Shown one piece after another: positions 21,264-30,066 of a stretch of DNA of 64,000 bases; position 1 is the first letter of the stretch; each line of letters starts with the position of its first letter. The notes under the pieces are model-generated. The model was not told the DNA's origin and did no database searches. It saw only the letters and a program-made list of their open reading frames with translations. The position numbers and the translations under genes are program-made. This stretch comes from an uncultured Christensenellaceae bacterium (GTDB lineage: Bacteria; Bacillota; Clostridia; Christensenellales; CAG-314). The DNA is taken from assembly GCA_910587795.1 (NCBI GenBank), contig CAJUNH010000001.1:246463-310462 (forward strand), written 5' to 3'.

Positions 21264-21292
21264 ATTATAACGCCGCAAAAAAAAAATGTCAA
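21264..21292 (-). promoter_or_regulatory. sigma-A promoter of the thrS leader
   Basis: Minus strand: TTGACA (21287-21292), 17 nt, TATAAT (21264-21269). Confidence 0.6.
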
Positions 21293-21306
21293 CTACTTGC
21301 AATAAA

Positions 21307-22059
21307 TTATTCTACGCAAACGTATTTCGGTAAAAACAATGTCTCCGCCATTTCGCAAAAATCTTGCGACGGTTTATTATGATAGTACACGGTGAGTTTA
21401 GACGGTTTAATACATATGATATTAAGCATTGCTTCTTCCTCTACACTGACGGATCTGGCAAGAGATTTTATTTTTGGAATCGATTTGTTATCTTTATTAA
21501 ACAAGCTAAATCCGTCCGCATCCATACTAACAGACAGAGAGGATTCCTTTTCCGTCATGGATTCCAGCAAATACTGCAAAAACTCCGCTATCAAATCGTT
21601 ATCGGTCAAAATAAAGCTGTTGTCGCTAACCAGTCTGGAAATATCTTCCCACTTACGTTTAATACGTGCCATTTTAAAATTGTAGTACCCGTCAAGACAC
21701 AATGTGGAACTGTCCGTCATAAGACGGGATACAAACTGTTTATCGTATTCGCTATCGAATATACATATGGTATTTACTAACACGTTTTGATAGAAATTAT
21801 CATAGTCAACGTCAAGCAGCCCGCGCATATAGACGTTTTTGTACCCAAGCGACAATGCGTCGCATACAGCGGAATTAACCGCTCTGCTCATTTGAAAACG
21901 GTATGCGTCGGCACAAGCCAAAGTATAGTAATTACGGTAATCGTCATTAAGTTCGGTAGAAATACCGTCTATTTGACCGATCGCAGCTTCCATTTGCCCT
22001 TTAACGTAACTTAAAAGATGACCGTTTGATTTTTCGATATTGATTGTTTGTTCGTACAT
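21307..22059 (-). CDS. ytxC: YtxC-like (sporulation-associated) protein, tentative
   Basis: 250 aa with no motif I can name. The call rests on conserved position immediately upstream of thrS, as for ytxC in Bacilli and Clostridia. Confidence 0.4.
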   Translation of the reverse strand: MYEQTINIEKSNGHLLSYVKGQMEAAIGQIDGISTELNDDYRNYYTLACADAYRFQMSRAVNSAVCDALSLGYKNVYMRGLLDVDYDNFYQNVLVNTICIFDSEYDKQFVSRLMTDSSTLCLDGYYNFKMARIKRKWEDISRLVSDNSFILTDNDLIAEFLQYLLESMTEKESSLSVSMDADGFSLFNKDNKSIPKIKSLARSVSVEEEAMLNIICIKPSKLTVYYHNKPSQDFCEMAETLFLPKYVCVE

Positions 22060-22178
22060 AATTTTAGTTTATGCAAAAACAGTCTTCTTTATATTAACCG
22101 GACAAATTTTGTCATTTTATAAGATGTTTCGACGTTATAATTCCTTTAAAATTTTACACAAATAATACCGCAAGACAG

Positions 22179-22874
22179 CTAACTGATTTTAAGCGAATAT
22201 GTCCGTTGCTTATCCTCGGCGCAAACCCGACGCGAATCGCGCATTTTTTGCAGCGCCGTATTGTATGCAAATTTACTTAACACACTGCGCCCTTCGCCTT
22301 CCATATACTTTATAGTTTTATTTCTGCATTTTACCATAGCGGTTGCAATAAACCAGGCAACCGCCATATCGACATAATAATTATTCCACAAACGTATTCG
22401 ATCGAACGTTGTAAAAATATTTTCAATGTGATTATCGTCGATATAATTTGAAAGCAAATTTACCACTCCGTACCGACACTTAAACACACTTATATCTTCG
22501 ACTAATTTACAAAAATAATCGAAGTAAAGCGGCTTTTCGTCGTTAGTAATCTTTACTACCGAACAATCGCACACCGCCCAGTTTTCTATATTATCTGCAA
22601 ATTCCGTAAGTAATTTTGTTTTTTTATCAAAAGGTAACTTTGCGGAAGATATTACAATGCCGCGCAGTAAATCCACCTCGACAAATTTATTTACAGGCAG
22701 CGACAATACAAAATCCAACGAACACGACTTTGCAACCTTCCGTATAAACGTAACGGTGCAGCCTATCGTTTGAATTTTGGACTTTACTATGCGTTTGTTA
22801 AATTGATTAAACTTTGCGTCGCTGTTGTTTCGCAGATACCTTAAAAGCTGATTATAATCGTTAAATTCGTTCAT
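22179..22874 (-). CDS. DNA alkylation repair (AlkC/AlkD-like HEAT-repeat) protein, tentative
   Basis: 231 aa. Helical-repeat composition and NWAVCD motif resemble the DNA_alkylation family. Confidence 0.45.
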   Translation of the reverse strand: MNEFNDYNQLLRYLRNNSDAKFNQFNKRIVKSKIQTIGCTVTFIRKVAKSCSLDFVLSLPVNKFVEVDLLRGIVISSAKLPFDKKTKLLTEFADNIENWAVCDCSVVKITNDEKPLYFDYFCKLVEDISVFKCRYGVVNLLSNYIDDNHIENIFTTFDRIRLWNNYYVDMAVAWFIATAMVKCRNKTIKYMEGEGRSVLSKFAYNTALQKMRDSRRVCAEDKQRTYSLKIS

Positions 22875-23012
22875 AATGTACGATTCCGTAATAAAATTTA
22901 ATCTTACATCGCTAACTTTACCTTACCGTACAATTTTCAAAACAAGTACGGCGGCAGTAATTATCGTGTATACGTTAAAAGGCAGCATTACTGCGGCCTT
23001 AAATTCTTGTAA

Positions 23013-23243
23013 TTATTTATTAGCTTCGATATACTTAACGATAGCCCCTACCGTAACAAGATCGTTAGCTACTTCGTCGGGAACAACGATACCGAAATTA
23101 TCTTCAAGAGACATAAGCAATTCCACCATATCCAAACTGTCTGCGCCTAAGTCTTGCACGATATTCGATTCCGCCGTAATTTTGCTCTTATCATCAATGT
23201 TAAGTGCTTCTGCAAGCAATTCCTGTACTTTTTCAAAAACCAT
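23013..23243 (-). CDS. acpP: acyl carrier protein
   Basis: 76 aa. LGADSLDMVELLMSLE phosphopantetheine-attachment motif. SD TAGGAGGAAAATAAA. Confidence 0.9.
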   Translation of the reverse strand: MVFEKVQELLAEALNIDDKSKITAESNIVQDLGADSLDMVELLMSLEDNFGIVVPDEVANDLVTVGAIVKYIEANK

Positions 23244-23635
23244 TTTATTTTCCTCCTAGGATAGTGATATTATATATGAAAGTAATAGTTTTTACAAGTA
23301 TTTTAACAAAATTTAATAATTTTTCATACAATTTAGTATGAAATGTACTAATAGCGGACGTTTTTTAAACGAACAAACCTATCTTAATACCGTATGCAAA
23401 AGCCGCTGCCGTCCTCCCAAAAAAATGAAGCCTAAGGACGACTGTTATTTGGAATGCTGCTGTGACACCGGTTTCGGCAAGCTAACCGTACGGTGCGACA
23501 GACATTCAACGGGAATTTGCTTAGATATCGACAGAGGACGTCACTGCGATAAACACAAAGATTGACAGACTGCAACACAGAAGACATTATAGTACTATTA
23601 TTCTTTGCAAAAAACAACTATTATAAACGGTATAG

Positions 23636-23845
23636 TATTTATATCGTAAACAAATGTCATTTACTCAAAACAATAACTTTTAAGCATAATACGATGCGAT
23701 TCAAATCGAGAACGCTCATAAAACCAGTAATTAATATATCGTAAAACGACAATGTAAATCACAATTAAACGCATTTAGAGTTTTATAATATAATTAAAAA
23801 TCGTTGCATTCCGTTAAACTCAGTAAATTGCTTAATTATGAAGTA
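23636..23845. repeat. modular AT-rich intergenic repeat array, locus A (about 2-3 units of ~100 bp)
   Basis: Cores TATATCGTAAA (23640-23650) and TATATCGTAAAAC (23735-23747), an inverted partner TACGATG (23690-23696), TTCCGTTAAAC and TTGCTTAATTAT blocks. Homologous to arrays at 52965-53235 and 62420-62845. Confidence 0.6.
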
Positions 23846-23862
23846 GCAAACAACGATACGGA

Positions 23863-23899
23863 GAAAAAATTAAAAGCAAGGCCGCAACCGACCTTGCTT
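23863..23899 (-). terminator. intrinsic terminator after the small K/S/T-rich protein gene
   Basis: Minus strand: AAGCAAGG-TCGGTTGCGG-CCTTGCTT followed by TTAATTTTTT. Confidence 0.65.
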
Positions 23900-23906
23900 A
23901 ATTAAT

Positions 23907-24122
23907 TTACAGATCGTCCGCATCCTGTACGGGATCTGCATATTTCCCCCAACCTACGGGGTTGCCTGTGTAACTACCCGATGGATCGCTTTCGCTTTCC
24001 TGAGCGGACGACTTAGAGTTTTTAGTCTTAGACTTGCCGCAAGATTTATTGCTGCAACCCTTAGTCTTGTTACTTGTCTTAGTGTTACTTGTTTTTGTTC
24101 CTGTACTTTTTGTAGAATTCAT
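23907..24122 (-). CDS. small low-complexity protein (basic K/S/T/N-rich N-half, acidic C-tail), function unknown
   Basis: 71 aa. Strong SD (TAGGAGGTACTTAAA-ATG), own terminator, TTGACA-containing upstream region. Confidence 0.55.
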   Translation of the reverse strand: MNSTKSTGTKTSNTKTSNKTKGCSNKSCGKSKTKNSKSSAQESESDPSGSYTGNPVGWGKYADPVQDADDL

Positions 24123-24310
24123 TTTAAGTACCTCCTACAAAATAGTTTTTACATTTACAAAAAAATTATTACATTGTACGCAAAATATTGTCAAACAAGT
24201 TTAACGTTATACAGCAAAAGCAAAAAATGCGATTAAGATAAAAAATAACCCGCAAAGAATTATGCAATAAACAATTCCGTTACGGGCTATAAAATTATTG
24301 TAATTAAATA

Positions 24311-25501
24311 TTATTTGCGCATTTTGCGAAGAAACGGAGGAATGCTCGGGTCCTCGTCAACTTCCAAATTACCGCTAATAGGCGCATTGTTCTGTGAAGA
24401 AAAATACGACTGCTGCTGCGGTTGCTGAGACTGTTGCGGAGCGGAGGGACGCTCCAACGGAGATTGCTGCATAGGCGTGCTTGCCGCATTGTTACGCTGA
24501 ATATTCGTTGCGGCAACGTGCGTGGCAGCCTCGCTGCTGAAAAAAGCGGCTTTTTCGTCTCCCTTACCGGAAAATCCCGTAGCAATCAAAGTTACCTGCA
24601 CTTCGTCCTTTAAATTTTCGTCAAAGCCAACGCCGAACAACACGTTTGCATCCGGCGAAATAACTTGGCGCACAAGGTTAAGTCCTACGCCGACTTCGTC
24701 TAACGACAAGTCCGCACCGCCGCGGAAATTTACTATCAAAGACGCCGCGCCCTGAATGGTAGTTTCCAATAGCGGCGAATATACCGCTTTGCGTATAGCG
24801 TCGATGGTTTTATTTTTTCCTTTACCCTCGCCGACTCCCATATGCGCCATACCGCTATTACGCATTACGCATTTTACGTCCGCTAAGTCCAAATTAATTT
24901 GTCCGTCTTGCACGACTATATCTGTTATTCCGCGTATACCTTGCTGAAGAATTTCATCCGCCTTTGTAAACGCCTCCATAATAGAGCAATTCTTTTCGCG
25001 ATTAAGTTTTTCATTTTGTACTATTACCAGCGCGTCGACGTTTCCCTTTAAATTTTCGATGCCCAGTTCCGCATTCTTCATACGGCGAACGCCTTCAAAA
25101 TTAAAAGGTTTTGTTACGACGGCAATAGTTAAAATTTCCAATTCGCGCGCAATCTGCGCAACAACGGGAGCAGCTCCCGTACCGGTACCGCCGCCCATAC
25201 CCGCGGCAATAAACAACAAGTCTGCGCCTTGCAGCGCGGCTTGTATTGCCTCTTTGCTTTCCAATGCCGCCGCTTTTCCGATTTCCGGATTGGCTCCTGC
25301 GCCTAATCCTTTTGTAAGCTTTTCGCCTATCGCCATCTTTTTAGCGGTTATTTTAGACAACGCCTGTTGGTCGGTATTTAACGCCAAAAACTCTACGTTA
25401 GTTATGCCTGCCTTTACCATAGAGTTGACAGCATTTCCGCCGCCGCCGCCAACACCGACAATCATTATTTTAGCTATGCTACCCGTCGTAGAATTGTTCA
25501 T
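24311..25501 (-). CDS. ftsZ: cell division GTPase FtsZ
   Basis: GGGTGTGAAP tubulin signature, Q-rich linker, C-terminal DIPPFLRK-type peptide (SIPPFLRKMRK). Confidence 0.96.
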   Translation of the reverse strand: MNNSTTGSIAKIMIVGVGGGGGNAVNSMVKAGITNVEFLALNTDQQALSKITAKKMAIGEKLTKGLGAGANPEIGKAAALESKEAIQAALQGADLLFIAAGMGGGTGTGAAPVVAQIARELEILTIAVVTKPFNFEGVRRMKNAELGIENLKGNVDALVIVQNEKLNREKNCSIMEAFTKADEILQQGIRGITDIVVQDGQINLDLADVKCVMRNSGMAHMGVGEGKGKNKTIDAIRKAVYSPLLETTIQGAASLIVNFRGGADLSLDEVGVGLNLVRQVISPDANVLFGVGFDENLKDEVQVTLIATGFSGKGDEKAAFFSSEAATHVAATNIQRNNAASTPMQQSPLERPSAPQQSQQPQQQSYFSSQNNAPISGNLEVDEDPSIPPFLRKMRK

Positions 25502-26667
25502 TATTTATCTCCTTTGCGGTCGCGCCTTAAAAACGCAAGTACACCGCCTTTACTTTTATTGTTTTTAACAGCCTCGAATATCAAGCCGTAACACGATGTG
25601 TACTCGTTTCGTCTTGTTTGAACGTTGAAACTTTCGTACATACGCACTTTTTTGCCGAGATTCGCAGCCAAACAATCCAAACCTCCGCGTAAATGCGCCA
25701 AACCTCCGCCCGTCAATACAATGGGAGTATCTTGCGGAATGTCCTTATCGTAAAAACGGAAACTCTTGATAATATACTCCGCAATCTGCGCAATGCGCGC
25801 CCTGACAACTTCGTTGGCTTGAAACGCGTCAATCATTTTGCCGTTAAGAGAATATGCATCACCCGATTGAACTTCTAAATTAAGATTGATCTTTTCCAAT
25901 GCGGACATAGCAAAGTTAAAATCGCACCCTAACACTTGACATAAGTCGCTTGCAAAATACCCGCTTCCCAAAGCAAAAGTACGTTCAAACAGCAATCCGT
26001 TACCGCCGCAAAGCATTACGTTAGTTGTAATATGACCGATATCCACAACGAGCACCGTATGGTTTTCGCCGAACATTGCCTGATTTATGTAATTAGCCTG
26101 CGCCTCGCAAGTATTGATAAAGCAGTATTTATTTATGCCGATTTTACGCAATGCTTGAACAACGGAATCGCGAAAATAGTTCTTCATATAAGAAAAAGAA
26201 ACTACTCCCATTAATCTATCGGCAATCATGCCGACAGGATTAGGCAGTTTAAGCACCCCGTTCAAAATAAAACAAACAGGCTTTCCGCCTAGCGGAGAAT
26301 AACCGCTTTCGCACTTATAAATATCCGCCTTGTCGATTACGTCTTGAATATCAACTTCGTCAATCTTCTTTTTGGAATGGAATGCCACGGTAGCTTCACT
26401 GGTAACTTCCGCGCAAAACACACCCGGTACGCCGACAAAAACCTCTTTTATTTTAGTTTTCATTTTGGCTTCTACCTGACCTATCGCTTGCGATATTCCG
26501 TCCGGGATAGAATTAGGTTCGTACCAAACGTCGCTGTCAAAGCCGTTGTAAGCAACCTGCCCGACGGCGCGTATACTAAATTCGCCTTTGTCCGACACTT
26601 TGCTTGCCGCCATACAAGTGATTTTGCTAGATCCAAAATCCAATATAGTTACAAAATCGTTTTTCAT
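25501..26667 (-). CDS. ftsA: cell division protein FtsA (actin-like ATPase)
   Basis: 388 aa. DFGSSKI phosphate-1 and DIGHITT motifs. Immediately upstream of ftsZ. Confidence 0.85.
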   Translation of the reverse strand: MKNDFVTILDFGSSKITCMAASKVSDKGEFSIRAVGQVAYNGFDSDVWYEPNSIPDGISQAIGQVEAKMKTKIKEVFVGVPGVFCAEVTSEATVAFHSKKKIDEVDIQDVIDKADIYKCESGYSPLGGKPVCFILNGVLKLPNPVGMIADRLMGVVSFSYMKNYFRDSVVQALRKIGINKYCFINTCEAQANYINQAMFGENHTVLVVDIGHITTNVMLCGGNGLLFERTFALGSGYFASDLCQVLGCDFNFAMSALEKINLNLEVQSGDAYSLNGKMIDAFQANEVVRARIAQIAEYIIKSFRFYDKDIPQDTPIVLTGGGLAHLRGGLDCLAANLGKKVRMYESFNVQTRRNEYTSCYGLIFEAVKNNKSKGGVLAFLRRDRKGDK

Positions 26668-26678
26668 ACGTTCCTCTT

Positions 26679-27473
26679 TTATTTATCGGGATTAGGCGTT
26701 GTAATAGTTCCGTTAGATTTAACGGTAATAACTACACCCGCTTGCTGTAAATTTTTAGATTCGTTGTAGTAAACGCTGTAAGCGTGCTGCAAACGCGAAG
26801 TCAAATCAAAAGAAGGTTCTTCCACTTTGATTTTAGCACCGGATGGCATATTTATAACCAAGTTATTGTTTGTATCAAATTCAAAAACATCGTTACTGCC
26901 AAGAACCACCGTCACATCGTCATAGTTTATATAGCAAGTAAATCCCGCATTGATTGCTTCCAAAATTACCGCCAAACGTGCGTTTCCCGTTTCGTCCAAA
27001 AGTTTTAGCTTCTCGCCCGGTTTGCACACCGAACTGTCGCGATGTTCAAAGCCTGACGATATATCCACATAGTCCGTTTCGGCAGGAGCATTCATTACGT
27101 AGCCGTATGTATCCAAATAGACTATATTGCCGCCTATATCTATTTTAGCGGCAACAGTACGCTTTACAAAATGTACGTCGACTATATTAGGGAAGTTTTT
27201 AACTATTTCAAAAGCGTGCCAATCGGTAAAACGTTTATTTAAATCCGTCATCAGCTTTTCCTTAGACATAAAAAACATACTTTTACCGCGACACAACTCC
27301 AAAATCTCATCCGCAGTCGGTTTTTCCCCCGAGGGAATTACTTCTTCACCGCTGATAAAATTATGATATCTGGGCTGCACAACCTTTACGGAAAAGACTG
27401 TCGCCAAAATAACGACGACAGTTATAAGCACAACAACTACGGATATTAAAATAATTAGTTTTTTACTTTTCAC
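26679..27473 (-). CDS. divIB: FtsQ/DivIB-type cell division protein
   Basis: 264 aa. Single N-terminal TM plus POTRA-like region. Position upstream of ftsA. Confidence 0.7.
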   Translation of the reverse strand: MKSKKLIILISVVVVLITVVVILATVFSVKVVQPRYHNFISGEEVIPSGEKPTADEILELCRGKSMFFMSKEKLMTDLNKRFTDWHAFEIVKNFPNIVDVHFVKRTVAAKIDIGGNIVYLDTYGYVMNAPAETDYVDISSGFEHRDSSVCKPGEKLKLLDETGNARLAVILEAINAGFTCYINYDDVTVVLGSNDVFEFDTNNNLVINMPSGAKIKVEEPSFDLTSRLQHAYSVYYNESKNLQQAGVVITVKSNGTITTPNPDK

Positions 27474-27721
27474 ACGTACCTCGAAAGACTTATGCTCTAA
27501 CTGTTTAAACGCATTGATTATAGCGTCCTAAATATTATACATCCAACCAAATGTATAAGTCAAATACTTTAAAAAACATTACGCAACATTTTATTATATG
27601 AAATTTAAATAATAGATTAAAATAGCTATAGTAAACGACAAATGCCGATGTTGCTTTAATAACCTTTAAACAGACGGTATACAGCAACCTCGGCATAATA
27701 CAGAGCAAAGCAAAACGTTTC

Positions 27722-28963
27722 TTACTGCTTATGTATTTTAGCGCCCAACGCGTTTAAACAAATATCTAAATCCATATAACCGCGGCAAATATTTTCCGCT
27801 CCGTGCACTACGGTTTGCCCATCGGCATTTAACCCCGCAACCGCAAGCGCGGCGCCGCCCCTTAAATCGCGCGCTACAACGTTTGAAGCAGTAAGCTTAC
27901 TGCCCGTAACAGCTGCGCTATTCCCCTTAACCGTTATATTTCCGCCCAGCTTTACAAGTTCGCTCGCAATGTGTTCCAAACGGTTTTCAAATAAATTTTC
28001 CTGCACAATCGTTTGTCCGCCGTTACTAAACGACGCCATAGCAAGAAGCAGCGACTGCATATCGGTAGGAAAAAACGGATACGGCGCCGTACATATCCGT
28101 CCGTAGCCCGAAGGCTGACTGTCGCACGTTATCGTTATTGCATCGGCGTATTGCACAACATTAAAATGCGGGCGCAAGACGTTTATAAAAGCATGAAGAT
28201 GGTTTGTGTTGCAATTTGTTACCGTTATTTGCCCGCCTGCGGCAACAACGGCCGATAAATATGTTGCGGCAACAATTCGGTCGGGAATAATATCAAATTC
28301 TACGCCGTGTAATTTTTTTACGCCCGTCACCGATACGTCTGGAGTACCTATGCCTTCTATTTTAGCGCCCATTTTTACAAGCATTCGTTCGAGAGCTTCT
28401 ATTTCAGGCTCTGTTGCGCAGTTAGATAAAACCGTTGTACCTTTTACAAGGACGGCGGCGCATAGCAAGTTTTCCGTAGCACCTACGCTTGCAAACCGCA
28501 TTTCGTATTCGGCAGAGTGCAAAGCACCTTTGCAATGAAGAGCGTTATCGTAACAAGAAATTTCCGCGCCCATACTTTCCAGCCCTTTAAGGTGAATATC
28601 CATAGGTCTTGCCCCTATTGCACAGCCTCCGGGCAAAGGCAAATTTACCGAACCGTACGCGGCAAGCGTTCCGCCTAAAATCAAAGCAGAACCTCGCAGT
28701 AACCGCGCCAAATACTGCGGAGCCGTTGTAGTAGATAACGTTCCGCTTACCGTTACGGTATCGCCCTGCCAAAACACGCTTTTTCCCATTGCTTTAAGCA
28801 ACTCCAGCATATTAAAAACGTCCACTATCGCAGGGCAATTATGTAGAACTATTTGTTCGTCCGTTAAAACGCTTGCCCCCAGTAACGGCAAAGCACAATT
28901 TTTAGCTCCGCAGACTGCAATTTCTCCGTTAAGACGGTGACCGCCCTCGATTATGTAATCCAT
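27722..28963 (-). CDS. murA: UDP-N-acetylglucosamine 1-carboxyvinyltransferase
   Basis: 413 aa. MurA/EPSP fold repeats. The active-site loop context has PGGCAIGARP with the catalytic Cys. Confidence 0.9.
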   Translation of the reverse strand: MDYIIEGGHRLNGEIAVCGAKNCALPLLGASVLTDEQIVLHNCPAIVDVFNMLELLKAMGKSVFWQGDTVTVSGTLSTTTAPQYLARLLRGSALILGGTLAAYGSVNLPLPGGCAIGARPMDIHLKGLESMGAEISCYDNALHCKGALHSAEYEMRFASVGATENLLCAAVLVKGTTVLSNCATEPEIEALERMLVKMGAKIEGIGTPDVSVTGVKKLHGVEFDIIPDRIVAATYLSAVVAAGGQITVTNCNTNHLHAFINVLRPHFNVVQYADAITITCDSQPSGYGRICTAPYPFFPTDMQSLLLAMASFSNGGQTIVQENLFENRLEHIASELVKLGGNITVKGNSAAVTGSKLTASNVVARDLRGGAALAVAGLNADGQTVVHGAENICRGYMDLDICLNALGAKIHKQ

Positions 28964-30066
28964 AACGAATCTCCCAAATCGTCCGCCCTTACCTTTGCGG
29001 ACAAATTAAGCAATATTCCCATTGCCGACATAAATACTACAAGCGACGTACCGCCGTAACTTATAAAAGGCAACGGTAAACCCGTAGGAGGTATACTGCC
29101 CGTAACAACGGCAAAGTTAAGCAGCGTTTGTATTGCCACAACTGCCGATATTCCTCCCGCTAGAAAGCAGCTGAATTTATCGCGGCTGTTTACGGCAATA
29201 CGTACTCCGCGGACAATAACGGTTAAATACAGCGCAAAAACGCAGAGACAGCCGAACAGACCTATTTCTTCGCCTATGACCGCAAACACAAAATCACTTT
29301 CGGCAAACGGCAAAAATCGATATTTTTGACGGCTGTTAAATAATCCAACGCCAAACCAACCGCCGCTGCCCAAAGCATACAATGACTGAATAAGCTGATA
29401 CCCTTCGTCCTTAGGCGAAGCCCATGGGTCTATAAACGCAAACAGTCTTTGCAAGCGGTACGGCTCTATCACAATCAGTAACGGTACGGCTATGATTAAA
29501 GGAATAATCATAAGCATAAAATGTTTCCATTTCATACCGCCCAGATAAAGCATTACCAGCATTAATAACGCCATACACATTGTAATAGACATATTAGGCT
29601 CGGCAATTATTAATCCGCAAAACACAACCCCAACGGCAATAGGCGGAAGGCAATTGCGCAGCTTACCTATATCGACGCGCGACATATACACCGCGCAAAA
29701 CAGTACAAAAGCAAATTTGGCTATTTCCGAAGGCTGCATAGAAAATCCGCCTATTCCTATCCAACGTCTGGCACCGTAATTTTTAATACCTATCCCCGGT
29801 ACAAATACCAAACACAGCAAAACAGCCGACACAACTACGCCTGCAATCCATAAATTTTTGATAAAATCCAACTTAACAAGAGACAACACAATCATTGCCG
29901 CAGCACCCGCTAAAGCGCCGATAAGCTGTTTGGTCAAAAAGAAATACTTATTTCCGTACGATATTTGCGCAGAATAATAGCTTGCGCTGTATACGAATAC
30001 AAGACCCAACGTCACCAACATTAAAACAGCCGCCAATAATATGTAATCCAACTTTTTTTTAGCCAC
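28951..30066 (-). CDS. ftsW: SEDS family peptidoglycan polymerase FtsW/SpoVE
   Basis: 371 aa, 10-TM SEDS protein (QPSEIAKF, ESDFVFA, LPFISYGGTS). Confidence 0.9.
   Translation of the reverse strand: MAKKKLDYILLAAVLMLVTLGLVFVYSASYYSAQISYGNKYFFLTKQLIGALAGAAAMIVLSLVKLDFIKNLWIAGVVVSAVLLCLVFVPGIGIKNYGARRWIGIGGFSMQPSEIAKFAFVLFCAVYMSRVDIGKLRNCLPPIAVGVVFCGLIIAEPNMSITMCMALLMLVMLYLGGMKWKHFMLMIIPLIIAVPLLIVIEPYRLQRLFAFIDPWASPKDEGYQLIQSLYALGSGGWFGVGLFNSRQKYRFLPFAESDFVFAVIGEEIGLFGCLCVFALYLTVIVRGVRIAVNSRDKFSCFLAGGISAVVAIQTLLNFAVVTGSIPPTGLPLPFISYGGTSLVVFMSAMGILLNLSAKVRADDLGDSLWIT

Noticed and set aside
21120-21302. 60-aa minus-strand ORF upstream of thrS
   Set aside because: It lies entirely inside the Thr T-box leader (stem I, specifier, T-box sequence), so the RNA element explains the region.
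23338-23565. 75-aa Cys-rich plus-strand ORF (MKCTNSGRF...) in the acpP upstream gap
   Set aside because: It has no SD, an implausible composition, and lies opposite to all flanking transcription. The region is better treated as a possible structured RNA or pseudogene remnant (see findings).
25059-25568. 169-aa plus-strand ORF antisense to ftsZ. The same applies to the antisense ORFs at 57072-57653 (phoH), 61051-61782 (copA) and 51190-51788 (ABC exporter).
   Set aside because: These are shadow ORFs opposite highly conserved genes. They have no SD and no recognisable motifs.
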